A stretch of DNA of 64,000 nucleotides from an uncultured Spirochaetota bacterium (GTDB lineage: Bacteria; Spirochaetota; Spirochaetia; SZUA-6; Fen-1364). Under the pieces are notes generated by a model. It ran no database searches, was not told where the DNA came from, and saw only the letters and a list, made by a program, of their open reading frames with translations. The translations under genes were made by a program, and so were the position numbers. The DNA lies in contig CAWAHW010000001.1 of NCBI GenBank assembly GCA_963781885.1, positions 544,001 to 608,000 on the forward strand. The letters run 5' to 3'. Of this stretch, positions 51,864 through 61,426 are shown piece after piece; within the stretch, counting starts at the first letter, position 1; each line of letters starts with the position of its first letter.

Positions 51864-52017
51864 TGTAATCATACAGTTACAATGTAAACGAATCGTGACA
51901 TGCTTTTATGACAACGACCTGATAAAAGAATAGCGATCTTCGCCTTTGGTTTTAACTACATATTAAGTAATAAATTAGAATCATACCAACTAATCTCTGG
52001 CTTGGCATGCATCCTGC
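51864..52017 (+). promoter_or_regulatory. Sigma-54 promoter with upstream activator sequences
   Basis: -24/-12 element TGGCATGCATCCTGC (52003-52017). TGTAA-N8-TTACA (51864-81), TGTAA-N8-TGACA (51883-900) and TGACA-N8-TGACA (51896-913). AT-rich spacer between them. Confidence 0.7.
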
Positions 52018-52043
52018 TTTGAGTGGCGTGCGGGAGCCTGAGA

Positions 52044-54554
52044 ATGCAAAACGCCAATTCAAGAGTATTGTCCATGGTTGGAGATCCCCAGTTCACTGCC
52101 TCGAGACAGCAGCACTGTCTCTCTGCCGCGCGAATTGCGGCGTTTTGCATATTCATCGCCGGAGCGTGCGGAATCGTGGGGTGGATCGGCGATATCATGC
52201 CCCTCGCCCAGCCGTCCCCGCTCCTTGCCCCCATGTCACTCGTCACGGCCATGCTTCTCTGCCTGGTGGCAATCGCGCTCGTCATGCGGAGTTTTGCCCG
52301 CAGCAATTTGCTGCGCGGCGGCTCGCTCCTCATCGGGCTTGTCGTCTGCGCCATCGGTCTCTGGACGCTGAAGGCCTATTCATTTGGCGGCGGGCTGCCA
52401 TTCGACACGTGGCTCGCCGACCGCAGCCTCGCCGCAAGCCTGGGCCACCGCCTCAACCGCATGTCCCCGGTCTCGGGGATTTGTTTCGCCTTGTTCGGGG
52501 CCGCCTCCTGTCTCGGCATTCCCTCGCGGCGCGGAAGCAGTGCCGCCCTGCAGATCCTGGCAGCCGCGGGTGTCCTGATCTCCCTGGTCTCGCTCATTGG
52601 GTATCTCTACAGCATCGCCTCCCTGGTCTCCCTGGCCGACTACAAGCCGATCGCGCCCCAGAGCGCTCTTGCCTTTCTCTTCTGCTTCGTTGCGCTCTTC
52701 CTTTCCTCGCCCGACAAGGGCGTCATGGCGACGATCCTGAGCGACGAGCTGGGCGGCATCCTCGCGCGGCGACTCCTCGTGTTCGTGTTCATCCTCCCCG
52801 TGCTGCTGGGCGGCATCGCATCCGCAGGGCTGCGCCTTGGAGTCCTCACCGGCCCGACGAGCATCTTCTTCCTGACCGCCTCCACGGACCTGAGCCTTGC
52901 GGGGCTTCTCCTTTTCAATGCGTTCACCATCAACCGGTCCGAGCAGGGACGCCGCGGCGCCCAGAAGTCCCTCATGGAGTCCGAGCGGGCCTACCGCGCG
53001 CTCTTCGAGAACGCGGCGGACCCGATGTTCCTCGTGAGCCGGGACCTCGTCGTGCAGGAGGCAAACACGGCGGCCGCTGCCAGCCTCGGCCGGCCGGCGC
53101 CCCTCATGCGGGGCTCGCACTTCACCGATCTCGCCTGCACTGCGGACGTCGGGAGGAAGCTGCAGAACGCGTTCGTGGGACAGGAGGCATCCTTCGAGGT
53201 CTGCGCCCACGCCGCCGACGGCCACGACGTTCCCCTGGAGGTGCGGGCCCGCGAGGTGGAGTTTCGCGGTGCGCCGACCGTCCTCATCATTGCGCGCGAC
53301 CTGAGCGAGCGCCGCCGGGCGGACCGGGCCCTCGCGGAGAAGGAGGCGCTGCTCCAGCAGGCGCAGAAGATGGAAGCCATCGGCCGCCTGGCGGGCGGCG
53401 TTGCGCACGACTTCAACAACCTGCTCACGGTGATCATGGGCTACTCGGAGCTCCTCATGGGCAAGCTAGGGCCGTCACACGAGGGGCATCCCGACGCCAT
53501 GGAGATCAAGATGTGCGCCGGCCGCGCCGCGGCCCTCACCCGTCAGCTCCTGGCCTTCAGCAGGCGTCAGCCCAATGCCCCGCGCTCCGTCGACGTGAAC
53601 GGCATCGTGCGGGAGATGACGCCGCTCCTCGGCAGGCTGCTTGGGGAGAAGATCTCACTCGACGTACAGTTGCATGCCCATCAGTCCTGCATCCGCATCG
53701 ACCCGAACCAGCTCGAGCAGATCGTCCTTAATCTCGCCGTCAACGCGCGCGACGCCATGCCGGACGGCGGCACCCTTATCATCGAAAGCGCGGAACGGAG
53801 CGTGGCCGGGGAGATCCTGCCGCTCTCCCCCGCGCCCCCGGACGGCGCGTACGTGGAGCTGGCGGTGCACGATACGGGGACCGGCATTCCCGCCGAGGTG
53901 CAGCCGCACATCTTCGAGCCCTTCTACACGACGAAGACCGAGGGGCAGGGAACGGGGCTGGGGCTCTCCACCGTCTACGGGATCGTCACGCAGAACAACG
54001 GCACCATTGGCGTGCAGTCGTCGTCGGCCGGCACGACGATGCGTCTCTTGTTCCCCCTCATGGCGGCGGCGGAGGACGAGCCGCTCTCCCCGCCGGGAAG
54101 GACGTCTCCGGCGGTGCAGCCCACCAGCGCGCTTCTGCTCGTGGAGGATGAGTCCTGCGTGCGCCAGTATCTTGCCGCCGGTCTGCGGCGCGAGGGATAC
54201 GCCGTCCTGGAGGCCTGCTCGGGGGAGGAGGCGCTGCGCCTGGCAGGCTCCTTCGGCGGTTCGATCGACGTCGTGGTCTCCGACGTGGTCATGCCGGGGA
54301 TTGGCGGGCGTCGCCTGGCCGACGAGCTGGTCCGCAGGCTCCCGCGCGCGCGCATCCTCTTCATGTCCGGCTATGACCGCGACGAGGGGGAGGAGGCGGA
54401 CCGCTTGTGCGGCGGTTTCGACCTGATCGGCAAGCCGTTCACGGCGGCCGAGCTCGTGGAACGGATCGGAAAACTGGAAAAAAACGAGCCCGCGGCATCT
54501 GCCGCAGGCTTGAAGGACGCGATCCAGGGCGGGCCGTCCGCCGCTTCTGTCTGA
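52044..54554 (+). CDS. Multi-TM PAS hybrid histidine kinase-receiver
   Basis: About 8 TMs, [30 protein letters not shown], receiver SDVVMP. Confidence 0.9.
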   Translation: MQNANSRVLSMVGDPQFTASRQQHCLSAARIAAFCIFIAGACGIVGWIGDIMPLAQPSPLLAPMSLVTAMLLCLVAIALVMRSFARSNLLRGGSLLIGLVVCAIGLWTLKAYSFGGGLPFDTWLADRSLAASLGHRLNRMSPVSGICFALFGAASCLGIPSRRGSSAALQILAAAGVLISLVSLIGYLYSIASLVSLADYKPIAPQSALAFLFCFVALFLSSPDKGVMATILSDELGGILARRLLVFVFILPVLLGGIASAGLRLGVLTGPTSIFFLTASTDLSLAGLLLFNAFTINRSEQGRRGAQKSLMESERAYRALFENAADPMFLVSRDLVVQEANTAAAASLGRPAPLMRGSHFTDLACTADVGRKLQNAFVGQEASFEVCAHAADGHDVPLEVRAREVEFRGAPTVLIIARDLSERRRADRALAEKEALLQQAQKMEAIGRLAGGVAHDFNNLLTVIMGYSELLMGKLGPSHEGHPDAMEIKMCAGRAAALTRQLLAFSRRQPNAPRSVDVNGIVREMTPLLGRLLGEKISLDVQLHAHQSCIRIDPNQLEQIVLNLAVNARDAMPDGGTLIIESAERSVAGEILPLSPAPPDGAYVELAVHDTGTGIPAEVQPHIFEPFYTTKTEGQGTGLGLSTVYGIVTQNNGTIGVQSSSAGTTMRLLFPLMAAAEDEPLSPPGRTSPAVQPTSALLLVEDESCVRQYLAAGLRREGYAVLEACSGEEALRLAGSFGGSIDVVVSDVVMPGIGGRRLADELVRRLPRARILFMSGYDRDEGEEADRLCGGFDLIGKPFTAAELVERIGKLEKNEPAASAAGLKDAIQGGPSAASV

Positions 54555-54576
54555 CATCAGTTTGAGGAGGATATCC

Positions 54577-56592
54577 ATGTTCAAGAATCTGCGTTTCGGC
54601 GTGAAGATCGGCGGTGGCTTCGCCATCATACTCTGTCTCCTGGGGTTCGTCGCCGCCATGGGCTATGTCGGGCTCCGCCAGGTCCAGCGCACGACGGTGG
54701 GCATGAAGGCGGCGAAGGACATCTCCAGCGACATCCTCGAAGCCCGGCGCGAGGAGAAGAACTTCATCATCCGCGGAGGTCAGAGCTACATCGACCTCGT
54801 TGCGACGGCCGTGAAGAGCCTGAACGCCTCCCAGGCCGTGCTCGTTGGCAGCGGTCTCACCGGGACGGAATTGACCCAGGCGAACGCGATCCGCCAGGCA
54901 TCGAAGGACTACGAGACGGCATTCGCCACGTACGTCACGACGTTCAATACGGTTGCCGACTCGACGGCGCTGTGGAAGAAGACCGGCAACCAGCTTGTGG
55001 AGTACCTGCGGCCCGCGCCGGGCCCGGTCGCGGAGGGGTGCCTGACGCTGCGGCTGGCGGCTGTCTACTTCCTGAAGGACCGTACCGCGGACGAATGGAA
55101 GACCTTCCAAAGCGCGGCGGCGGACTTCCAGCCCGTCCTCATGCGTTGGATCGACGCGACAAAGAGAGGCATCGACGGCCCCGGCATCGCGCAGAGCTTC
55201 CAGGACTACCTGAAGCTCGGCGACCAGATGAACGACCTCTTTGCCCAGCAGGCCGATCTCGACACCGCCCTGGTGAATGCCGGCAGGGTCGTCATCGACA
55301 ACGCGTCAAAGGTCGACGGCGCGCTGGACAAGGCCACGACGCAGATCACGACGCTTTCCGTCCTCCTCATACTCGCGTCGGCAGGCGGTGCGCTCCTCAT
55401 CGGCATCCTGCTTGCCTTTGTCCTGACGCTCGGCATCACCCGGCCGGTGCGCCGCGCCGTGCACTTTGCCGGCCTCCTCTCCTCCTGCGACTTCACCTCG
55501 ACGCTGGACATGCGGCAGAAGGACGAGATGGGCGACCTTGCCGTGAGCCTCAACGACATCTCCGTGCGGCTGCGCGCGATGTGCACGAGCATCACGGACA
55601 GCGCGGAACAGGTGTCGGCGAGCAGCACGCAGATCGCGGCGAGCGCGCAGATGCTCGCCACTGGCTCGCAGAGCCAGGCGTCGGCCATCGAGGAGACCAG
55701 CGCCGCCGTCCAGGAGCTCACCGCGTCGGTGGAGCAGGTCGCCGAGCATGCCCAGGCGCAAGCCGCGTCGGGCGAGCAGGGATCCACGGCCATCACCCAG
55801 GTGCGCACTTCTATAGAAGAGATATCCAGGAGTCTTTCGGGCATCGCGAGCCTCGCCTCCCAGTCCGTGGAGAAATCCGTGGAGGGCGCGCAGGCGGTGC
55901 AGAAGGTCGTGGAAGCGATCACCCAGATCTCCAGCGGCTCCGACAAGATCGCGGGCATCGTTACCGTGATCTCCGACATCGCCGACCAGACCAACCTGCT
56001 CGCGCTGAACGCTTCCATCGAGGCGGCGCGCGCCGGCGAGCACGGCCGGGGCTTCGCGGTCGTCGCCGAGGAGGTGAGCAAGCTCGCCGACCGCAGCGCC
56101 TCCTCCACGAAGGAGATCGCGAATCTCATCAAGGAAAGCGTGCGCAACGTCACGAGCGGCGTGCAGATCGCCGAGGGATCGCATCTTGCCATGGAGCAGA
56201 TCGCCGCCTCCTCCCGGCAGGTGAAGACCATGATCGTGGATCTCTCCGCCTCCATGGATCAGCAGGTGACCGCGTTGAAGGACCTCGTGTCCGCGATCGA
56301 GAACATCAGCGAGATGAGCCAGAGCATTTCCGCGGCGACCGAGGAGCAGTCGACGAACTCGAAGGAGGTCGCGAAGGCCATGGAGAACGTGAGCGACCTG
56401 ACCCAGAGCGCCGCCTCTGCGGCGGAGGAGATGTCCGCCTCCACGGAGCAGCTCATGGCGATGTCGAAACAGCTGCGCGGCATGATCTCCGGCTTCAAGA
56501 TCCACGCGGCGGCGGGCAACGGCGGCAATGGCTCCGACCTGCGCCTCGTGCGCGCCGACGAGCATCCGGCGCTCGCGCGGCCCGCGGTCTAG
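54577..56592 (+). CDS. Methyl-accepting chemotaxis protein (helical periplasmic domain)
   Basis: [53 protein letters not shown]. Confidence 0.93.
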   Translation: MFKNLRFGVKIGGGFAIILCLLGFVAAMGYVGLRQVQRTTVGMKAAKDISSDILEARREEKNFIIRGGQSYIDLVATAVKSLNASQAVLVGSGLTGTELTQANAIRQASKDYETAFATYVTTFNTVADSTALWKKTGNQLVEYLRPAPGPVAEGCLTLRLAAVYFLKDRTADEWKTFQSAAADFQPVLMRWIDATKRGIDGPGIAQSFQDYLKLGDQMNDLFAQQADLDTALVNAGRVVIDNASKVDGALDKATTQITTLSVLLILASAGGALLIGILLAFVLTLGITRPVRRAVHFAGLLSSCDFTSTLDMRQKDEMGDLAVSLNDISVRLRAMCTSITDSAEQVSASSTQIAASAQMLATGSQSQASAIEETSAAVQELTASVEQVAEHAQAQAASGEQGSTAITQVRTSIEEISRSLSGIASLASQSVEKSVEGAQAVQKVVEAITQISSGSDKIAGIVTVISDIADQTNLLALNASIEAARAGEHGRGFAVVAEEVSKLADRSASSTKEIANLIKESVRNVTSGVQIAEGSHLAMEQIAASSRQVKTMIVDLSASMDQQVTALKDLVSAIENISEMSQSISAATEEQSTNSKEVAKAMENVSDLTQSAASAAEEMSASTEQLMAMSKQLRGMISGFKIHAAAGNGGNGSDLRLVRADEHPALARPAV

Positions 56593-56600
56593 GAGTGGTC

Positions 56601-57428
56601 ATGTCGACAAGCGCCCGTCGGCTGCTCCTGGCCTTTCTCTCCTTTGCCCGGGAATGCAGCGGGTGCGCGGCGGGCGGCGTCAGGCTCCGGTCCGGTCAGG
56701 GTTTTCCTTACTGGCAGACGGCAGGTTTTCCTTCCTTCTTTGCGGCTGCGGAGAATCCGCGGTGCGGATTCTCCGACGGCCGCGTTACCGTCGGTGACGC
56801 CGGGGAGATCCCGACGTGCCGCTGCATCTGCGGCGTCGTGCTTCGCCGGGAATGCGACCCCGGTCTTTCCTATTGCACCGCGCACGGCAGCTTCTGGAGC
56901 AACAGCCTGAGCGAGCTTCTTACCGCCGTCTTCGACCAGGAGGACGGCATCTGGGTCCGCAACCGCTGCACGCAGGCGGGCTACGAATCGATGGCGCTCA
57001 TTCCCCTTGCGCGGGGGAACGCGGTCGTCGGCATCCTGCAATTGAACGATCGCGCGAAGAACAAGTTCACCCCGGAGCTGCTCTCTTTCCTGGAAGAGGC
57101 GGCGCGTCGCGTCGCCGAGCAGCTGGCGTCACTCCCGCGCGAAGCGGCCGTCGGCGTGGACTTCCGCTGTCCCGCGCCGGCTTCCGACCGGGAGGACCCG
57201 GTGGGCGCGCTTGCCGCGGGGGTGGCCCACAACCTCAACAACCTCCTCACGCCCGTGCTCGGCTATTCGCAGCTTCTCATGGACACGATGGAGCCGGGCA
57301 GCGACGCGCGGCGGCAGGTCGCCCAGATCCACCGGGCCGCCGAAAGGTCGCGGAGCTTCGTCCAGCAGCTCCTCGTCTACGGGCAGCGGGAGTCCCTCCT
57401 GACGGAGTCCACCGACCCGTTATCTTGA
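56601..57428 (+). CDS. Cys-rich GAF + HisKA protein lacking an HATPase domain
   Basis: AGGAG RBS. CRCICG..GSFWSN..RNRC..GYESMALIPL..GILQLND, then AGVAHNLNNLL and a stop. Confidence 0.6.
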   Translation: MSTSARRLLLAFLSFARECSGCAAGGVRLRSGQGFPYWQTAGFPSFFAAAENPRCGFSDGRVTVGDAGEIPTCRCICGVVLRRECDPGLSYCTAHGSFWSNSLSELLTAVFDQEDGIWVRNRCTQAGYESMALIPLARGNAVVGILQLNDRAKNKFTPELLSFLEEAARRVAEQLASLPREAAVGVDFRCPAPASDREDPVGALAAGVAHNLNNLLTPVLGYSQLLMDTMEPGSDARRQVAQIHRAAERSRSFVQQLLVYGQRESLLTESTDPLS

Positions 57429-57486
57429 CACCTTCCGGCGCCCTACGTACCTTCATGACACACTCCTGACATGAAAGGGGACGCGG

Positions 57487-58598
57487 ATGCCGGTCACCAT
57501 TGAACGGGTCGCGACGAAAAAGCAGCTCAAAGAGTTCGTGCAGCTCCCTTACACTCTCTACAGGAACGATCCCAACTGGGTGCCTCAGCTTCGGACGGAC
57601 GATCTCAAGAAGCTGGACAAGAAGCGGCACCCCTTCTGGCAGCACGCGGCGGGTGAGTTCTTTCTCGCGCGCGTGGACGGGAAAGTCACGGGCAGGATCG
57701 CCGCCATCCACGACAGGATCTGGGAAGAGACGCACCACGAGAAGGCGGCCTATTGGGGCTGGTTCGAGTGCGTGAACGACGTCGAGGCGGCACGCGCCTT
57801 GTTCGACGCCGCAGACGAGTGGGCGCGGGCGCGCGGCTGCGTGCGCATCATCGGGCCCATGACGCCGAACGCCAACGACTTCATCGGCACCCAGATCGAG
57901 GGCTTCGAAGGATCGCCCGCCATCATGATGCCGTACAACGGGACGTACTATGATGCGATCATCCAGGCCTGCGGCAACACCAAGTGGAAGGACCTCGTCG
58001 CGTGGCTGATGGACAACCCCGAGATCCCGAGCGTCTGGCCCGCATCATGCCCCGGGTGGAGGCCAAGGGGGGATTTAAGATCCGCACCCTCAACATGAGG
58101 GATTTCAACCGGGAGTACGACCGGTTCCAGGAGCTGTACAACCAGTTCGAGCAGGTGAACGCCGTCTTCACCCCCATGACGCCGCCGGAAATGGCGATGG
58201 TCGCCAAGGACCTGAAGATGGCCCTGGATCCGGACCTCGTGTTTTTTGCGGAAGTGGATGGAAAGCCGGTGGGGGTGTCCCTCACCATGCCGGACTTCAA
58301 CGTCGCCTACAAGGCGGCCAAGGGACGGCTCTTCCCCTTCGGGCTCTTCTACCTGCTCACGGGGAAGCGCCGCACTCATCTCGTGCGGACGCTCAGCATG
58401 GGCGTGCTGAAGGACTACCGGAACCGCGGCATCGACCTTGCCTTCTACTATTACAGTTACAAGAACGGGGTGCCCAAGGGCTACACCGCCGCGGAGATGT
58501 CCTGGGTGGAGGAAGACAACACCGCCATGACCAACACCGCGCTGAAGCTCGGCGGCAAGCCCTATCGCAAGTACAGGGTCTACGAGCGCGTCCTGTAG
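57487..58598 (+). CDS. Tandem GNAT-fold N-acetyltransferase-like protein, frameshift near 58030
   Basis: FVQLP..LY..DPNWVP, HPFW, GRIAA, WGWFE, MPYN. The second frame has MGVLKDYRNRG, EMSWVEEDN and KYRVY. Confidence 0.78.
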
Positions 58599-60170
58599 AT
58601 GTCCGATCTTCTCCTCGTCAACGGCATCGTCCATACGATGGATCCCGCGCGGCCGCGTGCCACTGCGGTGGCCATGCGCGGCGGGCATTTTCTTTTTGTC
58701 GGGGATGACGCCGCCGCGCGGGCCGCATGCGCCGGCACGCCCCACGTGATCGACCTCCGGGGCGCCTGCGTCCTGCCCGGCCTCACCGACGCCCACCTTC
58801 ATTTCCGCTGGTACGCCGAGGCGCTCCATGCGGTGGACGTGGAAACCCCGACGCTGGAGGAGGCCATGGCGCGCGTGGCGGCCCGCGCCGAGACGGCGCC
58901 GCCCGGGGCATGGATCACGGGGTCGGGATGGAACCACAACGTCTGGGGCGCCGGAGCCCTCCCGGACCTGCGGCCTCTGGACAGGGCGGCGCCGCGGAAT
59001 CCGGTGGCCCTGAAGGCCAAGAACGGCCACGCCTTCTGGGTCAACTCCCTCGCGCTCCAGCAGGCGGGCATCAGGCTGGACACGCCCGATCCAGAGGGCG
59101 GAAAGATCGCGCATGGCCGCGACGGGCTGCCGTCGGGCATCCTGCTGGAAAACGCGATGGACATCGTCCAGGCAGTGGTTCCGCGGCCTTCAACACCCGA
59201 GCTTGCCGCGATGATGCGCGCCGCGCAGGCCGCGGTGCACCGCCTTGGTCTCACGGGCATCCACGATTTCGACAGCTCGCTGGCGATGCGCGCGTTCCAG
59301 GAGCTGCTCGGCCGCGGCGAGCTTCGCCTGCGCGTGGTCAAGGGCATTCCACAAGAGGATCTGGGCGCCGCGATCGACCTCGGCCTGCGCACGGGCTTCG
59401 GCGGAGATCTGCTCACCATCGGCGCCGTGAAGATGTTCGCCGACGGGGCGCTGGGGCCGCAGACCGCATGGATGCTTGCCCCGTATGAGGGAAGCTGGTC
59501 GACCGGCATCGGCAGGCTCACCGAGGAGCAGATGGTGGCGGACATCAGCCGCGCGAACGCCGCCGGCATCTGGTGCGCCATCCATGCCATCGGCGACGCG
59601 GCCTGCCACGTCGTGCTCGACGCGTACGGGCGCGCGGGCACGGCCGGGTGCCGCAACCGCATCGAGCACGTCCAGCTCCTGCACCCTGACGACATCGCGC
59701 GCCTGGCCCGGCAGGGCGTCATCGCATCGATGCAGCCCGTGCACGCCACCTCCGACATGCTCATCGCGGACCGCTACTGGGGCGGCCGCTGCGCGGGCGC
59801 CTACGCGTGGAAGTCCCTCCTGGACAGCGGTGCGGCACTGGCCTTCGGATCCGACTGTCCCGTGGAGTCCCCCGATCCTCTTGCCGGCATCCACGCCGCG
59901 GTGACGCGTCGGCGGCCGGACGGCAGCCCCGGCCCTGGCGGATGGAGGCCCGCGCAGCGCGTGAGCGTCGCACAGGCCGTGCACGCCTATACGCTGGGCG
60001 CCGCCTTTGCCGCGGGGCGCGAGGCGAGCCTCGGCTCGATACAGCCGGGCAAGCTTGCCGACCTCACGATCCTTTCTGAGGACATCTTCGCCGTCGATCC
60101 GCACGAGATACGCGCCGTGCCGGTGCGGGCGACCATGGTCGGCGGCACTTTCGTCCACGGGGAGCCCTGA
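58599..60170 (+). CDS. Amidohydrolase (YtcJ-like, Amidohydro_3)
   Basis: PGLTDAHLH, KMFADGALG, IHAIGD, RIEHVQ, GSDCPV, GKLADL. Confidence 0.9.
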   Translation: MSDLLLVNGIVHTMDPARPRATAVAMRGGHFLFVGDDAAARAACAGTPHVIDLRGACVLPGLTDAHLHFRWYAEALHAVDVETPTLEEAMARVAARAETAPPGAWITGSGWNHNVWGAGALPDLRPLDRAAPRNPVALKAKNGHAFWVNSLALQQAGIRLDTPDPEGGKIAHGRDGLPSGILLENAMDIVQAVVPRPSTPELAAMMRAAQAAVHRLGLTGIHDFDSSLAMRAFQELLGRGELRLRVVKGIPQEDLGAAIDLGLRTGFGGDLLTIGAVKMFADGALGPQTAWMLAPYEGSWSTGIGRLTEEQMVADISRANAAGIWCAIHAIGDAACHVVLDAYGRAGTAGCRNRIEHVQLLHPDDIARLARQGVIASMQPVHATSDMLIADRYWGGRCAGAYAWKSLLDSGAALAFGSDCPVESPDPLAGIHAAVTRRRPDGSPGPGGWRPAQRVSVAQAVHAYTLGAAFAAGREASLGSIQPGKLADLTILSEDIFAVDPHEIRAVPVRATMVGGTFVHGEP

Positions 60171-60221
60171 GCCGGCCGCGTGCTTCTCCCGGCACGGCGC
60201 CCGTGCTACAGTGGCCGCGGA

Positions 60222-60854
60222 ATGTCGGTTGCCAGTGAGCTTTTCACCATCTTCCTCGCCGTCTTCATCGTGGTCGATCCCTTTGGCATTGTCCCTGTCT
60301 TCATCTCCCTCACGGGCAGCTTCTCCGCGCGCAAGCGGCGCGCCACGGTGCTCAAAGCGACCATCGTCGCCTTTATCGTCTTGTGCCTCTTCATTTTCAC
60401 GGGGAACGCCATCCTGCGCTTCCTCGGCATCCAACCCGGCTCCTTCTTCATCGCCGGCGGCATCCTCATGTTCATCATCTCCATCGACCTGCTCCTGGGA
60501 CGGCAGGGCAGGACAAAGACGTCCGGCACCGAGGGGGACGAGGAGCGCGAGGACGTCTCCATTTTTCCGCTCGCCATCCCGATGCTCGCCGGGCCCGGCG
60601 CCATCACCACCGTTCTGCTCTACGTGAGCGAGGATCGGGTGTCCGGTTTCATTTTCCCCGCGCTCGTGGGATCGGTGGCGCTCACCCTTGCTTTCGCCGC
60701 GCTCACCATGCTCCTCAGCAGCTTCTTCCTCCGCGTGCTGGGAAAGACAGGGGTGTCGGTGATCGAGCGCATCATGGGCATCGTGCTCACGGGGCTTTCC
60801 GTCCAGTTCGTCTACGACGGTCTCCTGAAGCTGGGGGTCCTCGCGGCGCGGTAG
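60222..60854 (+). CDS. MarC family membrane protein
   Basis: VVDPFG..PVFISL, FFIAGGI, FPLAIPMLAGPGAIT, ERIMG. Confidence 0.9.
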   Translation: MSVASELFTIFLAVFIVVDPFGIVPVFISLTGSFSARKRRATVLKATIVAFIVLCLFIFTGNAILRFLGIQPGSFFIAGGILMFIISIDLLLGRQGRTKTSGTEGDEEREDVSIFPLAIPMLAGPGAITTVLLYVSEDRVSGFIFPALVGSVALTLAFAALTMLLSSFFLRVLGKTGVSVIERIMGIVLTGLSVQFVYDGLLKLGVLAAR

Positions 60855-60887
60855 CCCGCGCGGCGCCTTGAGCACGCCGCCGTCCCA

Positions 60888-61376
60888 ATGCTACAAGAGG
60901 GCATGCCTGCAGCAGACCTTTCCCATTACCGTTATCGCGGCGCGAGGGCCCTCGTGCTGCTCCATGAGCGCGCCCTGCGCGCGTATCTTGTGACCTGGCG
61001 GCGTGCCCGCGCGGCCGGCGTGAAGCTTCCCGCCACGGAAGACCCCAACTATGCCTCCCTCCAGACCCTGCTCGTGCACGGCCTGCGGGCGGCGCGAAAC
61101 TACATGACGTGGCTCTGCGAGAAGCTCGGCCTGCCCGACCCGGGCATCGACGAGCCCCCGACGCCGGAAAAGGTGGAGGCGGAGGCGGAGCGTTACGTCG
61201 CGCACCTTCTGGCCCGGTGGAGACTTCCCCTTGCCGACGTGGAGGAGTCGCGGTTCACCGCCGTTCACAAGTCACGATGGGGCGAGGACATGAGCCTGGA
61301 GGGCATGCTCGAGCACGCGGCCATGCATCCGCAGAGGCATGGCTTCCAGCTCGAAGAGCTGATGGAGAAGCCATAG
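60888..61376 (+). CDS. DinB/YfiT-like metal-binding helical protein
   Basis: SLQTLLVH and C-terminal LEHAAMHPQRHGFQL His pattern. Confidence 0.6.
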   Translation: MLQEGMPAADLSHYRYRGARALVLLHERALRAYLVTWRRARAAGVKLPATEDPNYASLQTLLVHGLRAARNYMTWLCEKLGLPDPGIDEPPTPEKVEAEAERYVAHLLARWRLPLADVEESRFTAVHKSRWGEDMSLEGMLEHAAMHPQRHGFQLEELMEKP

Positions 61377-61426
61377 TCGCGCACCGCTCCGCCGGGCTCG
61401 ACCCGGCGGGCCCGGCCACGGCCCAA

